Positions 26,721-40,110 are shown, numbered from the stretch's first letter. The stretch is DNA of 64,000 nt from the human T2T-CHM13v2.0 reference genome, Homo sapiens (GCF_009914755.1 NC_060941.1), one strand, 5' to 3'. A program made the numbers and translations. The notes: generated by a model not told the origin, from the sequence alone.

Positions 26721-27543
26721 TTCTTGTTCATCATAGATACTTTGAATATTTCTCAGCCAAAGATCAACCAGTGGGATTTGTGCATTTTTTGAGGTAACAA
26801 TTTTAGGGCAGTGATTTGTCAAAAGTTACGTACTGAGTTCCAGACAAAGCTGGAAGCCAGATGGTCAGTGGAACACTCGCGTCAGGTATTCTGTTAGTGC
26901 AATGGGCATGGCTGTTAATGGTGGAAATGTTTCCCCAGGGAAGTGCTGCTGGGCTCTCTTGCACCGCCCTGGAGCTGGGAGGGGAAATGCATTTGCAGTG
27001 GGTCTCTTCTCCCTCCCAACTGAACCCTGGGCCCACTGGACAATGTCTGTAGAAGAGGGGCTCTGAGCAGCAGGGACATTTGAGTCACTTGTTCTTTGGG
27101 GCTTAGGACTGGTCAAGAGAAAGGGACTCCTAGAGTTCTGGCAATCCTCCCCTACCCTGGAGTGGCAGAGGCCCTAGTGGAATTGGAGTCCTTTAAGGAA
27201 ACACCAAATCAATGCAGTGGAGGCACTGCATATAATCTGAAGGGTAGGGGTCTTCTCTGGGGCCAGTGAAGGTGTTGCTAAGAGGGTGGGTTGAGATAGC
27301 ACTAAGCTGACATGTGAACAGGTGGTAACTGAATATGTGGTTTATTTTGGGCTTTAGAATAATGAGTCATATTCATAATAACCAATTGAATGTTTCTTGC
27401 CTCAGAGCTTCCAGAGACCCCAAGACAACAGGTGTCACAACTTAAATAAAGGGGTAAGACTTGCAAAGAGAGGTAGAATAAACAGCTTTATGTCTCATCA
27501 CCTCTTCAGCTCTGATAAAGGAGATTGTTTGGGAGGCAGATCC

Positions 27544-27696
27544 TTTATTATTACTATTATTATTATTATTATTATTTTGAGATGGAGGTCTCTCTATGTT
27601 GCCTGGGCTGGCCTTGAACTCCTGGGCTTGAGCAATCCTCCCACCTCAGCCTCCCCAAGTAGCTGAGACTGCAGGCGTGAGCCACTGTGCCCAGCT
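27544..27696 (-). mobile_element. Free left Alu monomer (FLAM_A-like) with (ATT)n tail
   Basis: Single ~120-bp monomer GAGATGGAGGTCTC...TTGAGCAATCCTCCCACCTCAGCCTCC..AGTAGCTG preceded by (ATT)n. Confidence 0.85.
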
Positions 27697-27719
27697 GAGA
27701 AAGCTTCTTTAATACCAGA

Positions 27720-27910
27720 TAACCTTTATTGAGTTCTTTCCATGTGCCAGGCATGGTACTATGTGCTTTCCATCTTTAACCTAATTCATTCTCACAACAT
27801 TCAATTATGTGGTAGTAGATATTATTATTATTATTATACCTATTTTGGTGATGGAGAAGCTTAGGCTAAGAGAGATAAAATAACTTATTCTAATGTCTCA
27901 CACATACTAA
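27720..27910 (-). mobile_element. MIR
   Basis: TTTATTGAG..ATGTGCCAGGCA...CCTATTTTGG.GATGGAGAAGCT.AGGCT.AGAGAG. Confidence 0.75.
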
Positions 27911-28418
27911 TGAGGCTTAAGTGACTGTATGAAGCACTTTGTAAAGCAGAAGGACCCAGCAAAGAACTTTGATTGTTCTGCATGAGGCAGGTAGACGTTG
28001 AATCTGAGTCCTTCGTTTTTTCCCCTGCAGTTGAATTCTCTTCCTAGGTGCAATTCAAGCATCCAGAAACAGCAGAAATGCTTAGGATCAATAAATTGGG
28101 TGGCAGTGCTGTTAGGCAGTAAACTTAGGGGAGAATTACACAGGGCAGCCATGAAGACCCAATTCTCTAATGCCTGGGGAAACACTTTGCAAATTGGTCG
28201 GTGATGTTTTTAACTGCCTTGGATGGTTTCCTATGAGTGAAATTGTTCTGTTTGGAAGGTGGCTTTAGTTGGAGACAGTGTTATTTGATTGTGTTGAATT
28301 CAGTTTGAGTCTACACAAATATGACACAGAGTCTCTGTCCTGAGTGGGTTTGAAGTTTAAGTGGGGGAAGGGAGAGAGATAGTAATGGAGTTAGACTATT
28401 TTAGCATCACTGCTTATA

Positions 28419-28442
28419 TGTGTGTGTGTGTGTGTGTGTGTG
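28419..28442. repeat. (TG)12 microsatellite
   Basis: Pure TG run. Confidence 0.95.
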
Positions 28443-31109
28443 TTTGCATGTGTGCACGTGTGGTGGATGGGGATCAATTGAAGGGAGTGACCATAGAAGG
28501 GCTATTGTAAAATAAATGAATCTCTACTATGTCAATAAGATAGGCTTAGGGGAAGGGGTATTTCAAGATGTGGGAAGAGCACATGCAAGGATCCAAAAGG
28601 GCCTGGGGTTGCCAGTTCAAAGACCATCAACCTATGTACCAAGCCCTGCTAGTGTCTGTGGCTAGGATCATTTTCAAGTGGTTCTTCTGTCTTCTGTGCT
28701 TTTTGTGGAAGAAGTTGACAGGCAAGGGAGGTGGGTCTGAAAGGAAGGAATGGCCAACCTGGCTTCAAAAGAAGCACCACCAGAGGGTACATACAGTCCT
28801 CACCACCAGGGAGGATCTATGCCTGAGGCTGGCCGGGGACTGAGCTGGGGGAAGTAAGGCTGAGTGATATTTCATATCTTTCCTTACTGAGAAGTGACTC
28901 TCAGTGAGACTTTTAAGACTGAAACATATCTGAAATGAACTCCCAGCCACACTAGACCATAAATAAAAGGGAAGGAGCCTCTCACATATCAAGGTGAGGC
29001 TGAGGGTTTTAAATAAATTTTTATCCCAGTACTCTCAATGACTCTGCAAGATACCCATCATTATCTCCATTTCTAGGTGATCAGTAAAAAGTGGATTTGA
29101 AGATCAAATCCAGATCTGTCTGGCTCCAATGTCTATGTCTCAAATGCTCATCCTCTCCATGTCTCTTCCGGGTTTCACAATGGTCAGATGTCTCAGAAAG
29201 TTATGGGCACGCGGGTAACAGAATGGTCCGTGGCTACCTAACCTACTATTCCCTGAGTTATGCCTGTAGTGCCCTCCTAGCTAGGTCCCACTTATGCTTT
29301 TGGTCCGCTGCTGATTAAATGAATGGATTTAGAAGGTACTTGTTTTCCAGTGTAGACGGAGTAGTCCAAATTCTTGTGAAATAAGGACAATACATGTCCT
29401 ATTAACAGCTGACACCAAAATATCTTTTAAGAATGATACTATTTGTTTGGAATATAACACATTCTTGGGGGTGCAAAGTGAGACCCCCCCAGCAACATGT
29501 GTATGAAGATAACTGTTCTTTGAGAGGCAAGGTAAAAATTTGCTTGCTACTCTAGAAAGACAGGAAATGAAAAGCGGAAAAATAAGAGGTGATGAGGAGA
29601 GAGAGATGGTGAAAAGCTGAGAGGTGCAGGATGTGACAGCCCAAACTTTGAGCTCATGAGTTAACCCAACTCATGAAATTCTTGGTCCAAATGACACTGT
29701 CATAAACCTATGAAAGGATGGAGCTTATGCTCAGGTTACCATGGAGTAGAAATTGGACCTCAGGTGTGAAGATCAGGAACCGAGATAAGGAAATCCAGGA
29801 GGATGTCAGCAGTCAGGAATTCAAAGCAATCATGGAAAGAACTCTGGACTCCCACAGGCCTTGATTTCGGGGTTTGAGCCGGTTTAAGTACATTTTCAAG
29901 GGATACAGGGACTCTAGCTGAGTTCTACCAAATTGAACTTCTAGCACTCTCCAGAGCAAGATGAGATTCAGCTCAGATAAAAGCATTCTGTTTTCCAGGA
30001 CCTTAGAATCCAGGTATATAACGAAGGCTACCAGGAAGGATCTGTTGATCATAGCCCAAGATGCCTCTTGGAAAAGATACTTATTTGAATATCTTAAAGA
30101 TGACAGCCGCCCATTCCTGCAATGTGATCCCACAGCAATGTGGACACTGGTTTCCCAGCAGCTTCATCATGAGGTAGACAAGTGTAATGGCTGAGAGTAA
30201 AGATCAGAGCCAGAGATTAAGGGTCTGTGGGTGCATCATGGTGTTACCACCCTAAGGCTATCAACCCACCTTGGACTTCTGCCAAGGGGAGAGGAGACAT
30301 GGGGAGAAGAGACAATCTTAAAGAGCAAGTTACACAATGAACTGAGTAACTGGAGTTCCTAGAGGGGCCTAAGGCATAAAGCAGAGATGCCTTGGAGTTT
30401 AAGAGCCCTGACAAGATGTGGCATAGCTGCCTCTCCACTCACCTTGGCTTGAGAATGACAGCGCGTGGGAAAATCTGAGAGCTGGGATGATGTTACAGTT
30501 GATTTCTTTCCTGTCTCTATGACCTTGTAATGCCAAGGAGCCACTGGATGACAATTATTTACTTAGAGCTTAAATACGTTTAAATTCAGAAAATTAAGCA
30601 CAGCTCTCTTCTAGGTGCTTCAGCAAAATTTTAAACTTTTGTGAAGCATAATGAAATAGATTCTGCTAATCTAAAGGTTTGTGGCTGCATCAGACACCCA
30701 AGTTTGGTAATGAGTGAGGCCTCTGGAGCTAGAAAGTCACAGTCATCTTTGAGGGAAGAACTTTGTGGAATTTGGAGGTATATGTATTAGTGTTTACAGG
30801 TAAGCTAGCCAGTGATGACTATGATGATTTTTCTTTCCATCTGCCCTTTAGTTACCTACATAAAAAGAAGCCATTGATCCTCTCAGCATATTTCCATTTC
30901 CCATATTCCCCTAAGTTATTCCCATAAGCATATCTTAGCAAATTCTGCTAGCAGTAGAACATGTCTTGGTCTGTGAGAGGTGCCTTAAGTGTAAGCACAG
31001 GTGAGGGAGGAATGGTGGAAGACTTTCTTGCAATTAGCTCTTCCTGTTCTATGCAAGAGCCCTTCTTGGACAGCTGCTTTTGCAGCATCTGTCTCTTTGT
31101 TATCATCAT

Positions 31110-32030
31110 CACATTAGCTAGTATTTGTGGAGCATCTTAAGTGGAGCAAGCACTATGCTGACCACTTTCCAAGAATATTTCTACCTTACTTCCTATAATG
31201 TGGTAAATATTCCCACCTTATTCAGTATAAGGTGGCCTTTTTCCTTTTTGGTCTCCATTTTACAAATGTTAAGTAACTTATCTAGTCCCTAGCAAGTAAG
31301 TGAAAAACCAAGTGTAGTCTCAGGTCTATATTACTCTAAAGTCCCTGCCCTTAATCTCAGAAATTGTTTCCTAGTCACTATCCTCAGAGAAGAAAATCAT
31401 TGAAATAATTGTATTCATTCATTCATTCAACATCAACTAAATACCTACTATGTGCTAAGTGCAATGTTAACAGTCAAGACTACAAAGATGAACATGGCAT
31501 GGTCCCTGACTTTAGGAAGCTCATGGTCTAGGCGTGTAAGTAGATGTTATAAAAGAGAATAATAGGATAATTGCAAGCATCTCAACAGAGCATTATGGGA
31601 ATACTAAAGAGGAACCATTCTGCATTGGTGGAAGGAGGAGTGTTAGAGTTGAGAAAGAAGATGAGCCTTAGAATTCTTGAGATTAAAAACTAAAAATGAA
31701 ACTCAGCTTGTCCAAGACATATTTCTGCAGGGTTTGCCGTCTGACTATATGATAACACCAATGATCTCATTTTTCAAGACAAAAAGTTAAGCATTTTATT
31801 TACACATCCCACTCTATTATTCTCCATATCCAACTCATCACTATATTATACTAAATATCCCTCCTAAAAATCTTTTGAAAACATCTACTTATCTCCAGAG
31901 GCATAGCTACCATCCTAGCATAATCTATCATCATTATCTCTCACTTGAATCTTGGCAGTAACCTTCCAACTGGTCTTCCCATTTTCACTCTTTCTTTGAG
32001 CTTCCTTTTCTCTGCAAAGACTAATCTGTT
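31110..32030. mobile_element. MIR (minus), L2 (minus, (TTCA)n tail at ~31415) and L2 (plus) fragments
   Basis: CATTCATTCATTCAACA..ATACCTACTATGTGC; CCATTTTACAAAT; CCTTCCAACTGGTCTTCCC. Confidence 0.65.
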
Positions 32031-32159
32031 ACTCATTTGGACCATATTTTTTCTAGTAGAAAATTTATATTTATAATATATATTTTAAAGTCTTTACTAA
32101 ACCCAACATTTGGGCCTTCTTGGTATCTATTTCTATTAAAGATTTTTTTCTTGCGTATG

Positions 32160-32312
32160 TGTAGGGTCCAGCCCCACAGGGTTGGTGGGTTTCTCCCTGT
32201 GTGTGGAGACGAGAGAGTGTAGAAATAAAGACACAAGACAAAGAGATAAAAGAAAAGACAGCTGGGCCCGGGGGGCCACTACCAGTCCGACCCTGTGGGG
32301 CTGGACCCTACA
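32160..32312 (-). mobile_element. MER11 (HERV-K11/HML-8) LTR 3'-end remnant with inverted duplicate terminus (26-bp TIR-like)
   Basis: 32160-32284 matches the reverse complement of the MER11 3' end as I recall it; 32287-32312 is a 25/26 reverse complement of 32160-32185; flanks GTATG / CTATG. Confidence 0.85.
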
Positions 32313-32645
32313 CTATGGATCAGAGTTTTCTATTTTTATTCATGTTTAGTAATTTTTGTTGTATCCTGGACATTATGGATGATATGGCATAAATATTCTG
32401 GGTTATGTTATCTTCCTCTGAAGAGTGTTCAGTTTTGTTCCAGCAAATTGTTCAGTTTCTGGCTGATGACCTTGAACTTTTAGAGATTTGGTTTTATGCT
32501 TTGTTGGTGGAGGAGGAATTCTGTGGTGTTCTCTAATCTCCTCTAACTTCATAGTACTAAAATTTCAAAAATTCCCAGTGAATCTGGTTGAGGATTGTTT
32601 TTAGACTTTATTAGAATAGGTCTAGTGTAGTCCTTACTCAAGGAC

Positions 32646-32836
32646 CAAGATCAGCAAACTTTCTCTTGAGGGCCAGATAGTAAACATTTTAGGCTTGTGA
32701 ACCATATGGCCTCTGTAGCAAATAATCAGCTCTACTACTGTAACCTGAATGTAAATGAATGGGCAGGATGTGTTCTAACAAAACTTTGCTTATAAACATT
32801 GGTAGCTGAACCAAGAGCCATAATTTGTTGACCCTG
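32646..32836. mobile_element. MER58A hAT-Charlie
   Basis: TCAGCAAACTTT..GGGCCAGATAGTAAACATTTTAGGCTT...AATGAATGGGC...GCCATAATTTGTTGACCCTG. Confidence 0.85.
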
Positions 32837-32857
32837 CCTGAGGACATGATCCTTACT

Positions 32858-33118
32858 GTTGTTGTTTTTTTTTTAGACGGAGTCTGGCTCAATCTCAGCC
32901 TAATGCAACCTCTGCCTCCCAAATTCAAGCAATACTCCTGCCTCAGCCTTCCAAGTAGCTGGAACTACAGGTTATGCACCACCACGCCCGATTAAGTTTT
33001 GGATTTTTAGTAGAGATGGGGTTTCACCATGTTGGTCAGGCTGGTCTCAAACTCCTGACCTCAAGTGGTCCACTTGCCATGGGCTCCCAATTACAGGCAT
33101 GAGCCACCATGCCTGGCT
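32858..33118 (-). mobile_element. AluS with two small internal deletions
   Basis: Alu dimer lacking ~28 nt after GGAGTCT and ~10 nt after CTCCCAA; 15-bp TSD GACATG(A/G)TCCTTA(C/T)T at 32843-32857 and 33119-33133. Confidence 0.92.
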
Positions 33119-34769
33119 GACATGGTCCTTATTCTTAAGGCATGGCTTTCTGATGTCTTAACTGGATCTCCAGGTGTTAACAAGGCCTCTACACTCTGAC
33201 TGAGCAAGAACTCCAGTATCTTCTAGCACTACTTGACTTCTAGTATTTTTGCTCCACTCTCAACCTCATAACAGCCCTTCCTGGTAAGCTTTTATGCCTT
33301 CTCCCTGTGTCTGTGCTGTCCATGACTCCTACCACAAAGATATCTGGGGCCCCCTTCCTCACAGCTCCCCACTTTATCATGGCCTACCCCACAGATTCCA
33401 GTCACTTCAGTAGTCTCAAAATCTGATTCCTGCTTCTGGTCAGTGGGAATGTCATGCTCTATATGGGCTCTGCCCCTCTACATCACAGCTAGAATATTGT
33501 CCCTAAATGAAGAACTGAAAAAAATGAGATCTCACTTCATAATTTTCTTTTTTTTCAAAGGTCGTGGTCTTGCCATTGCCATTGCCAGAAAGCAGTTTCC
33601 TTATATATTCTGCCTAGTTTTGTAGTCACTTATGGCAGAGGGCTAGCATAGTGCCAGTGTCTCCATTATTGTCAAAAGCAGAGATCCCCACATTCATACC
33701 TGCTCTTTTCAATGTATTTTCTACTCTGCAGCCAGAGTGATATTTCCATCTGATCATATCCAGTGCCCTCTTTAAGATTATTCAATGACCCCTTATTGCT
33801 TTGAAGATGACATGTAAGGGACAGTATGGGTTTTTGCCCATCAGTAAATTCCCAACACACAGTGTAGTACCTGCCTTATGATAGCTATGTCTATGATATA
33901 ACTAATTTGAGTAAGTGAATGAACAAGAAATAACATTTTTGGCTGACAGAACAACATAAGCAAAGGCAGGGTAGCATAAAATAGTATGGAGAATAGTGAA
34001 CTATTTGGTGAAATTCCAACTCAGGATGCTGACTACAAATTACTCAAAGGCCTCATGTGCAGAAAATGTGACAATTGAAGCCCATGTTACTGTACTGCCA
34101 TTTTTTTTCAATCACCAAAGGCCTTAAACCATTTGCTCAGCATGAAGCTCTTAAGATGAATACAGCTGTCGAGGCAAGGCAAGGAAAGCTTTCTTGGACC
34201 TCGGTTGGCTGTGTTCACAGACAGACAGATGGACATGTGCGCAGGCAGAGGGAATCATCAATTTGCTAAAAATAACACCTCAACCAGTTTTTCACAGAAA
34301 CCCTAAAGGAAGAGAAAACAGATCGATAGCAAGCATACCACTTGTGTGATGTTGACGTCCTCCCTGATCAGAGAAAGTGAAATCACCTTGGAGACCAAGT
34401 TCTTTCCCAGACAGTAGAGGAAATGACTAAGGCAACTGCTACTTTGGAACCAAGGGAGGCCCCAAAGGACTTATGAGTTGATTAAATAAATTTGACAGGA
34501 AATTTTAGATAAGGAAAATTGGCATTTATGATACTCAGGGAAGGGAAAAGCAGGATTTGGGCAGCAATGTATCTAGGACCTTTTCGAAGGAAGATTTTTT
34601 TAAATGTTCAGAGGAAAGCGAGGTGTGGGTCTGTGGTTTGAGACTCTGGAAAGAACTCAAATGAGGTCAAAAGTTCTCCAAAATATAGTTTCAAAACTGT
34701 GCCCTAGAAAATACTCCCAAGGTGAAAGAAGCAACGAATGTGACCATGGAGGTTAGCAGGAGACAGAAA

Positions 34770-35010
34770 TTCACATTTATTGGGTATCCTCTGGGTGAGG
34801 GCAGACTGCTTGGGGCTTTCCATGAGTTAGCTCATGTTATCTTTATAATAACTCCATACGTTAGGATCTATTATTCTTATCTTAGAAGTGAAAAACTGAA
34901 GCTTAGATAAGTTACAGTATCTGACTGAAGTCACACAACTAATACACAGCAGAACTTCAATTCATACCCAGATTTATCTAATTCCAAAGCCCATAGACCT
35001 TCCAAAATAC
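34770..35010 (-). mobile_element. MIR
   Basis: CATTTATTGGG...GAAAAACTGAAGCTTAGA.AAGTTA...AAGTCACACAACTA. Confidence 0.75.
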
Positions 35011-36159
35011 CACGTCGCCTCCCTGGTGTGCATCCTGTTTTTTTGTATGCAGTAGTAGGTGGCATACTTCTGGGCAGTCTAAATTTTCAGAGGTCAAGCC
35101 TTTCTGTTTCCTGGGCCATAGGGTAATGAATGCAGTGTTACAGAGAAAAGGGAGCATCGTTATGACGAAAAGGGAGATTCTCATTTCAGAAATGAGAATG
35201 TTAGGCCCACTCATTACTGGTAAGAATTCTTTCCACTTCCCCACTTATGAAGGCCAACACTAGAATTTATGGATATATGTATGCATATATGTCATGGCCA
35301 AAGGTCAAATTCCAGCTTTATCCTGGAGTCCGGAAGGCACAGGTATAACATCCATGCCTGTGTGCTTGGCTTGACATGCTTGGGTTTTAAAAATCAATTA
35401 AAGAGAGGCTTTGATCTAACATAGAACTGATAGCACTGGCAGGTGCTCTCTAAGCTTAGTTTCTTGCTATGCAATGCAACATTTATAAAATTCATTCCCA
35501 CCTGTAGCAAGGCAACCCCACTTTACATTTGTGAAGGGTCTTCAGGAAGGCAAATAATTAGCTTCGGTGATAGAAACAGAAGACTGAACAGAAACAAAAC
35601 ACAGAAACTCTTGTTAGTGGACTCTTCTTCCACTGTCTGCATCGTTTGGAGTGCTGCAATTTGTAGAACACCATCCATTTTCTTATACACTTTGGTGTTT
35701 TTATTCAGACAGACATAGGGGGCGTGAGCTAGAACATATGCTGGTGTGAGTTTGGATGTGTGTATTGAAAGAAGAGCAGGCAGGAGCCTGGAAAAAAATA
35801 TGTGCAAATATGGCAAGGAGCAGAAAGCCCAGTGGGAATTGCTGGTTTCCTAGCAATCAATGACCAATTTCCCTTTGGGGCTATTCCCAGAAGTGCAGAT
35901 CACTTCAAAAATAGATGCATGTCTTAGTTCAGTGATTGACGTTTTTCTACCAAGGACTGTGTGCACAAGCATCCCTCTAGTGAGATCTTAAGATCTTGGA
36001 TTTGAGTATTCACATTCCTAAGACTCCTCTTCGAAGTTCCCTCCTCACTTCCCAGACTTCTCGGGTTTTATCTCAGGATAGCTGTTCCAATCCGGAGTGA
36101 TGAAAGGATTTCTTGCAGGGAATCAGTCAGTGGCAGTTGTTGTTCTCAGGACATTCAGA

Positions 36160-36440
36160 ACCATCCTCCAAGACTCAGCTCAAAGGCCGCTTCCTTTGTG
36201 AAACCCTCTTCAACTTGTACGGGCCAAATGCCCCTTTCACCTTTCTCTGCACTTTCAAATTTGACATTTTCTTGTAACACATTTTTTTTTTCTAAATGGC
36301 TGTTTTTATGCAGGGGCTATCTTTCCCAATACAGTAGAAGCTTCTTGGTTCCATCTGATTTATCTCTGTCGCTTTCTGGTGCCAAGCACAGACCTAGTGT
36401 ACGCTAGGTGCTTAGGAATGCTTGTTAAATGATTGAACAA
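36160..36440 (+). mobile_element. L2 3' end
   Basis: CAAGACTCAGCTCAAA...AAGCACAGACCTAG..AGGTGCTTAGGAATGCTTGTTAAATGATTGAA. Confidence 0.7.
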
Positions 36441-37229
36441 ATATACAGAGCCTCAGAGATTTCTTATGTGCTTTCAAATTGCCATTCCCATTCCTAATCA
36501 TCAGCCTTGTATTCCCAGCTTGGAAAAAAGCAGAAGAATCACTGTCTAGGACCGATGGATGTCATTGCTGCATCAGTGTAGGACGTGACATGCTACCTGT
36601 CCTGGAGGGCCACCACCAGGAGAGAGCACGTCACACTCTTGTGCATCAGAGTGAGTCTTGCCTGATAAGGGAAGTCACTCTTGGCACCTATCACTTGGGA
36701 AAAAGGAGCGTCTCAGACCAGAGCTGGCATGTGATAGGCTTGGGGGCTTCCTACAGGAATGGGACTCTAAGGCTTAGCCTCCAGAGGGTTGATATGTGAG
36801 GCAGCTCCTGGATAAGATGGCACCAACTACTTGGAATGGACCCAGCAGCTAGCTAGGAGGTAGGGGTATCAAGCAAGGGGCTGGATGGGTGGCTGCCTCT
36901 GATGACATGTGGATCCCACACTCAGACCACAGGATAAACTGGGCCTGAGTGTCACCCTCTTGATTCATTTTCTGCACTCCCTTAGTATTTAGACAACTTC
37001 CCTGCATACCACAGCCAGTTGCAGCTGCTCCACAGGAGAACCACAGGATTCATGGGCTTAGGCTAGTGGGCTCTAGGAGGAGCTGTTGCAGGGAGATTGC
37101 TCAAGGGAATGGGAACTCTTGGGCCAAAGGAACCATGATGGCACAGCCAGCCACCCGTCAAACTGGGGAAGCTTCCCTCTAAAGCTTAAATCTCCAGAGT
37201 TTTGCTACTTAAAATGATGAGGCTTTCTG

Positions 37230-37910
37230 CTCAGACCTTCTGATAAGTGGGAAGACAGTGATACTTCAGTTAGCACAGTACAAGAAGGGAAATGACATTT
37301 GCACAGTATTTGTCCTGTACCAGACACTTTACATGTCTGCTAATCCAATCTGCTCAGCAGCCTAATGATGTAGATATTATTTTTCCTGTGTTATGGTGGA
37401 TGAAACTGAAGCCTAGAAAGAAGTGACTGCTCACAGGATAAACCGGGAATTAAATCCACGCTTCCTCATTCCCAACCCTGGCTCCTTCTGATTCTTGCAT
37501 TTGAGGCATCTGTAAAAATGTATAGCTCTACCTCCTCCTGCTCCCCATCCCCAGCCTACCACTGGAGCATTTTTCACTAAATGCCGAAGGTACTCTTGGC
37601 CTTTACCTACTTCTTATTTTTCTAAGCTGCATGGCCTCAGGTCTGCTCCTTGGTGATTCCACCTGAAACTTCTGGAGTGCATCAGGCTGAATGAGAAAAA
37701 GCATTCAGCCAGATCCAATCTTGTAGCCACTGCTCCCAGTTAAAGAACCAGTGAGGGGCCAGACTGGAAATGATCTCAGAGACCATCTAGTAGAACCCCA
37801 TAGCTTTTAATATGGCGAATCCAAGGCCACATGGGGAGTGACTTGCCCAAGCCCATCTGTAGCAAAGGAGGTGGGTGGGATGCTAGAGCCAGGTTTCTCC
37901 TGGCCACCTG
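37230..37910 (-). mobile_element. MIR (~37290-37490) and MIR3 (~37770-37910) fragments
   Basis: GATGAAACTGAAGCCTAGA; GAGACCATCTAGT...GTGACTTGCCCAAG. Confidence 0.65.
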
Positions 37911-38709
37911 CCTTATTTCTTGGATGCTTTGACCAGCAGGATGGGCTTCCTTTCACTATTGCCATCTGGAGAGCCAAGTCTGCATTTGACTACAGACATG
38001 CATCTCTAACTCTGGTACTCGAATATTTCTTACGAGATTAGATGGCTAAAGTAGAAATCAGGGCCATAGTCCTGACACTGGAACCAGGAGCTCCCTGCAG
38101 GAAGTCACATATTCCTGTGGTGGGAGGAGCACCGCGGCAGCCCCACTGAGGAGGTGAGGCTGAGCTGATGCCCTGCACGGTCTTGCACGGCTGAGATGAA
38201 CCGGATAAAGGTGCATTGCTCTGAGACACACAGACACACTGCCTTGTCTCTGTCTGTCTTCCTCTCTCGTTTTAAAGCCTGCATCCCTATCTCCAAGTCA
38301 GCAATCCAATTAGTGGAGATTTTTAAAGAAAACCTCAATATTGAAAAACAGAAGTCTCAGTTAAGGAGGCCTGCCCTGACTCGTTAATCCACCGGTCAGT
38401 TTGCAATGGATCAGGTTGAAGTTGGCTTTCCCCACCACCTCCAGGAGTGCTGATTTAAGGGGATCAAGCCCTTAATCCCAGATATTAGGATCTTTGCCAG
38501 CAGCACCAGTACAGTCCCTGGGTCAGTGGAAAGTCACATAAAGTACAAAACTCTGTTTGGGTTTCCTGAGTTAATTATCCTTTTTATTTGTTGTCTTTCT
38601 GCAAATAGGAATATCCAAAGGTTGCAGAGGCTATCCATGCTCCTGAGGAGCAGCATAATGGCACTGCCTGCCATGCACACCTCGAAGTGCCAGCAAGCCA
38701 CCCCTAGCC

Positions 38710-39208
38710 TGTTGGGAGCAAGCCCCCCAAAATCTGGCCATAAACTGGCCCTAAAACTGGCCATAAACAGAATCTCTGCAGCACTGTAACATGTTCATAA
38801 TGGCCCTAACGCCCACGCTGGAAGGTTGTGGGTTTATGGGAATGGGGGCAAGGAACACCTGGCCTGCCCAGGATGGAAAACCGCTTAAATGCAGTCTTAA
38901 GCCACAAACAATAGCATGGGTGATCTGTGCCTTAAGGACATGCTCCTGCTGCAGTTAACTAGCCCAACCTATTCCTTTAATTCGCCCATCCCTTCGTTTC
39001 CCATAAGTGATACTTTTATTTAATTTAACATCTATAGAAACAATGCTAATGACTGGTTTGCTGTTAATAAATACGTGGGTAAATCTCTGTTCGGGGATCT
39101 CAGCTCTGAAGGCTGTGAGACCCCTGATTTCCCACTTCACACCTCTGTATTTCTTAATTCCTCTAGCACTGCTGGGTTAGGGTCTCCCCGACTGAGTTGG
39201 TCTCGGCA
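38710..39208 (+). mobile_element. MER9 (HERV-K9/HML-3) solo LTR
   Basis: TGTTGGGAGCAAGCCCCCCAAAATCTGGCCATAAACTGG ... GGTCTCGGCA; AATAAA 39066-39071; 6-bp TSD CTAGCC / CTAGTC. Confidence 0.92.
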
Positions 39209-39279
39209 CTAGTCTGTGTCCCTGGCTTGCCCTTCCCTCCAACTCTGTCCTGCAGGATCTCTCTCTCTCATTAATAATA

Positions 39280-39490
39280 ACTAGCTTTTCCATATGAGCC
39301 ATCCAACTCTGTCGGCTGGGAACTTCTACCCTCATTGCCTTCTTTGGGTTTTCAGACAGTTATAGGAGTCAGAGCAGATATTCAAATTCCCATTTTACAG
39401 GTGAGCAAGTTGAGGTTCTGGGAGGACATAATAGTTAGTAGGTGGCAGGGCTGGGACTTGAAAGCAGAACTTCTGCCTCCATATCTGTGC
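39280..39490 (-). mobile_element. MIR
   Basis: CCCATTTTACAGGTGAG.AA.TTGAGGTTC...GGGCTGGGACTTGAA. Confidence 0.75.
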
Positions 39491-39564
39491 ACACAGCACC
39501 ACCTCTGCAGTCCCTGTACCATGATTTTCTTTGTGCCTTGCTCTCTGTTGTTTTCCAGAACAGT

Positions 39565-40110
39565 CCTTAGAGGTAAAGTGGACACTTCATCTGCCTTACC
39601 AGTGCCCATGCACGTCCTCATCTTCCTTACCAAGAGAACCCAGAACTGGTTCAGAGATCCAGGCCTCCCACCTCAGGTGACTCCACCCTCAGACTGATCT
39701 GAGGATAATCCCATTCCCCCTAACAATGGGAAGGGCCATGTGAACCAATTCTGGCCAATGAGAGAGGGAAAAGAGTCTGTTAGGAAACTTAGGGAAAACC
39801 TCTCCTCTCTTCTAAGAGACTCATAAGAAGAGAGCTTCTCTTCCTCCTCTGGATGCTGTCCTGTGTGTAGCACTCAGGACTGCTGAAGACATCTAGGTAA
39901 CAGCCTGAAGGTGAAACCAGCACTGAGGTTTCCTGATTCCTGGGTGGAGCGCAGACTGGAGCCTAAGCCCTGACAGCATGGTGAGTGTTGACTGTCACAC
40001 CTGGGGCTAATTCTGAACTTCCCATGATGTGAACTCAGGAGTTTTCTTACTGCATATGCCTGTTAGAATGTGGCTTCTCCTCTTGTAGCTGGGAGCACCC
40101 TTCCTGGCTG
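39565..40110 (+). mobile_element. Old MLT1 (J/K/L-like) LTR
   Basis: GGCCATGTGAACCAATTCTGGCCAATGAGA...TTGTAGCTGGGAGCACCC. Confidence 0.65.

Larger units (their letters stand above)
32030..33680 (-). mobile_element. Old L1M segment hosting the MER11 remnant, MER58 and an Alu
   Basis: T-rich L1M-like sequence that appears colinear across the inserts (e.g. TTTTCTTG..TATG[insert]TATGGATCA..TTTTCT). Confidence 0.55.

Noticed and set aside
29632-30250. Possible ancient LTR (TG...CA-like ends) with a 9-bp hairpin at 29654-29676
   Set aside because: No TSD and no family that I can recognise; needs a Dfam search
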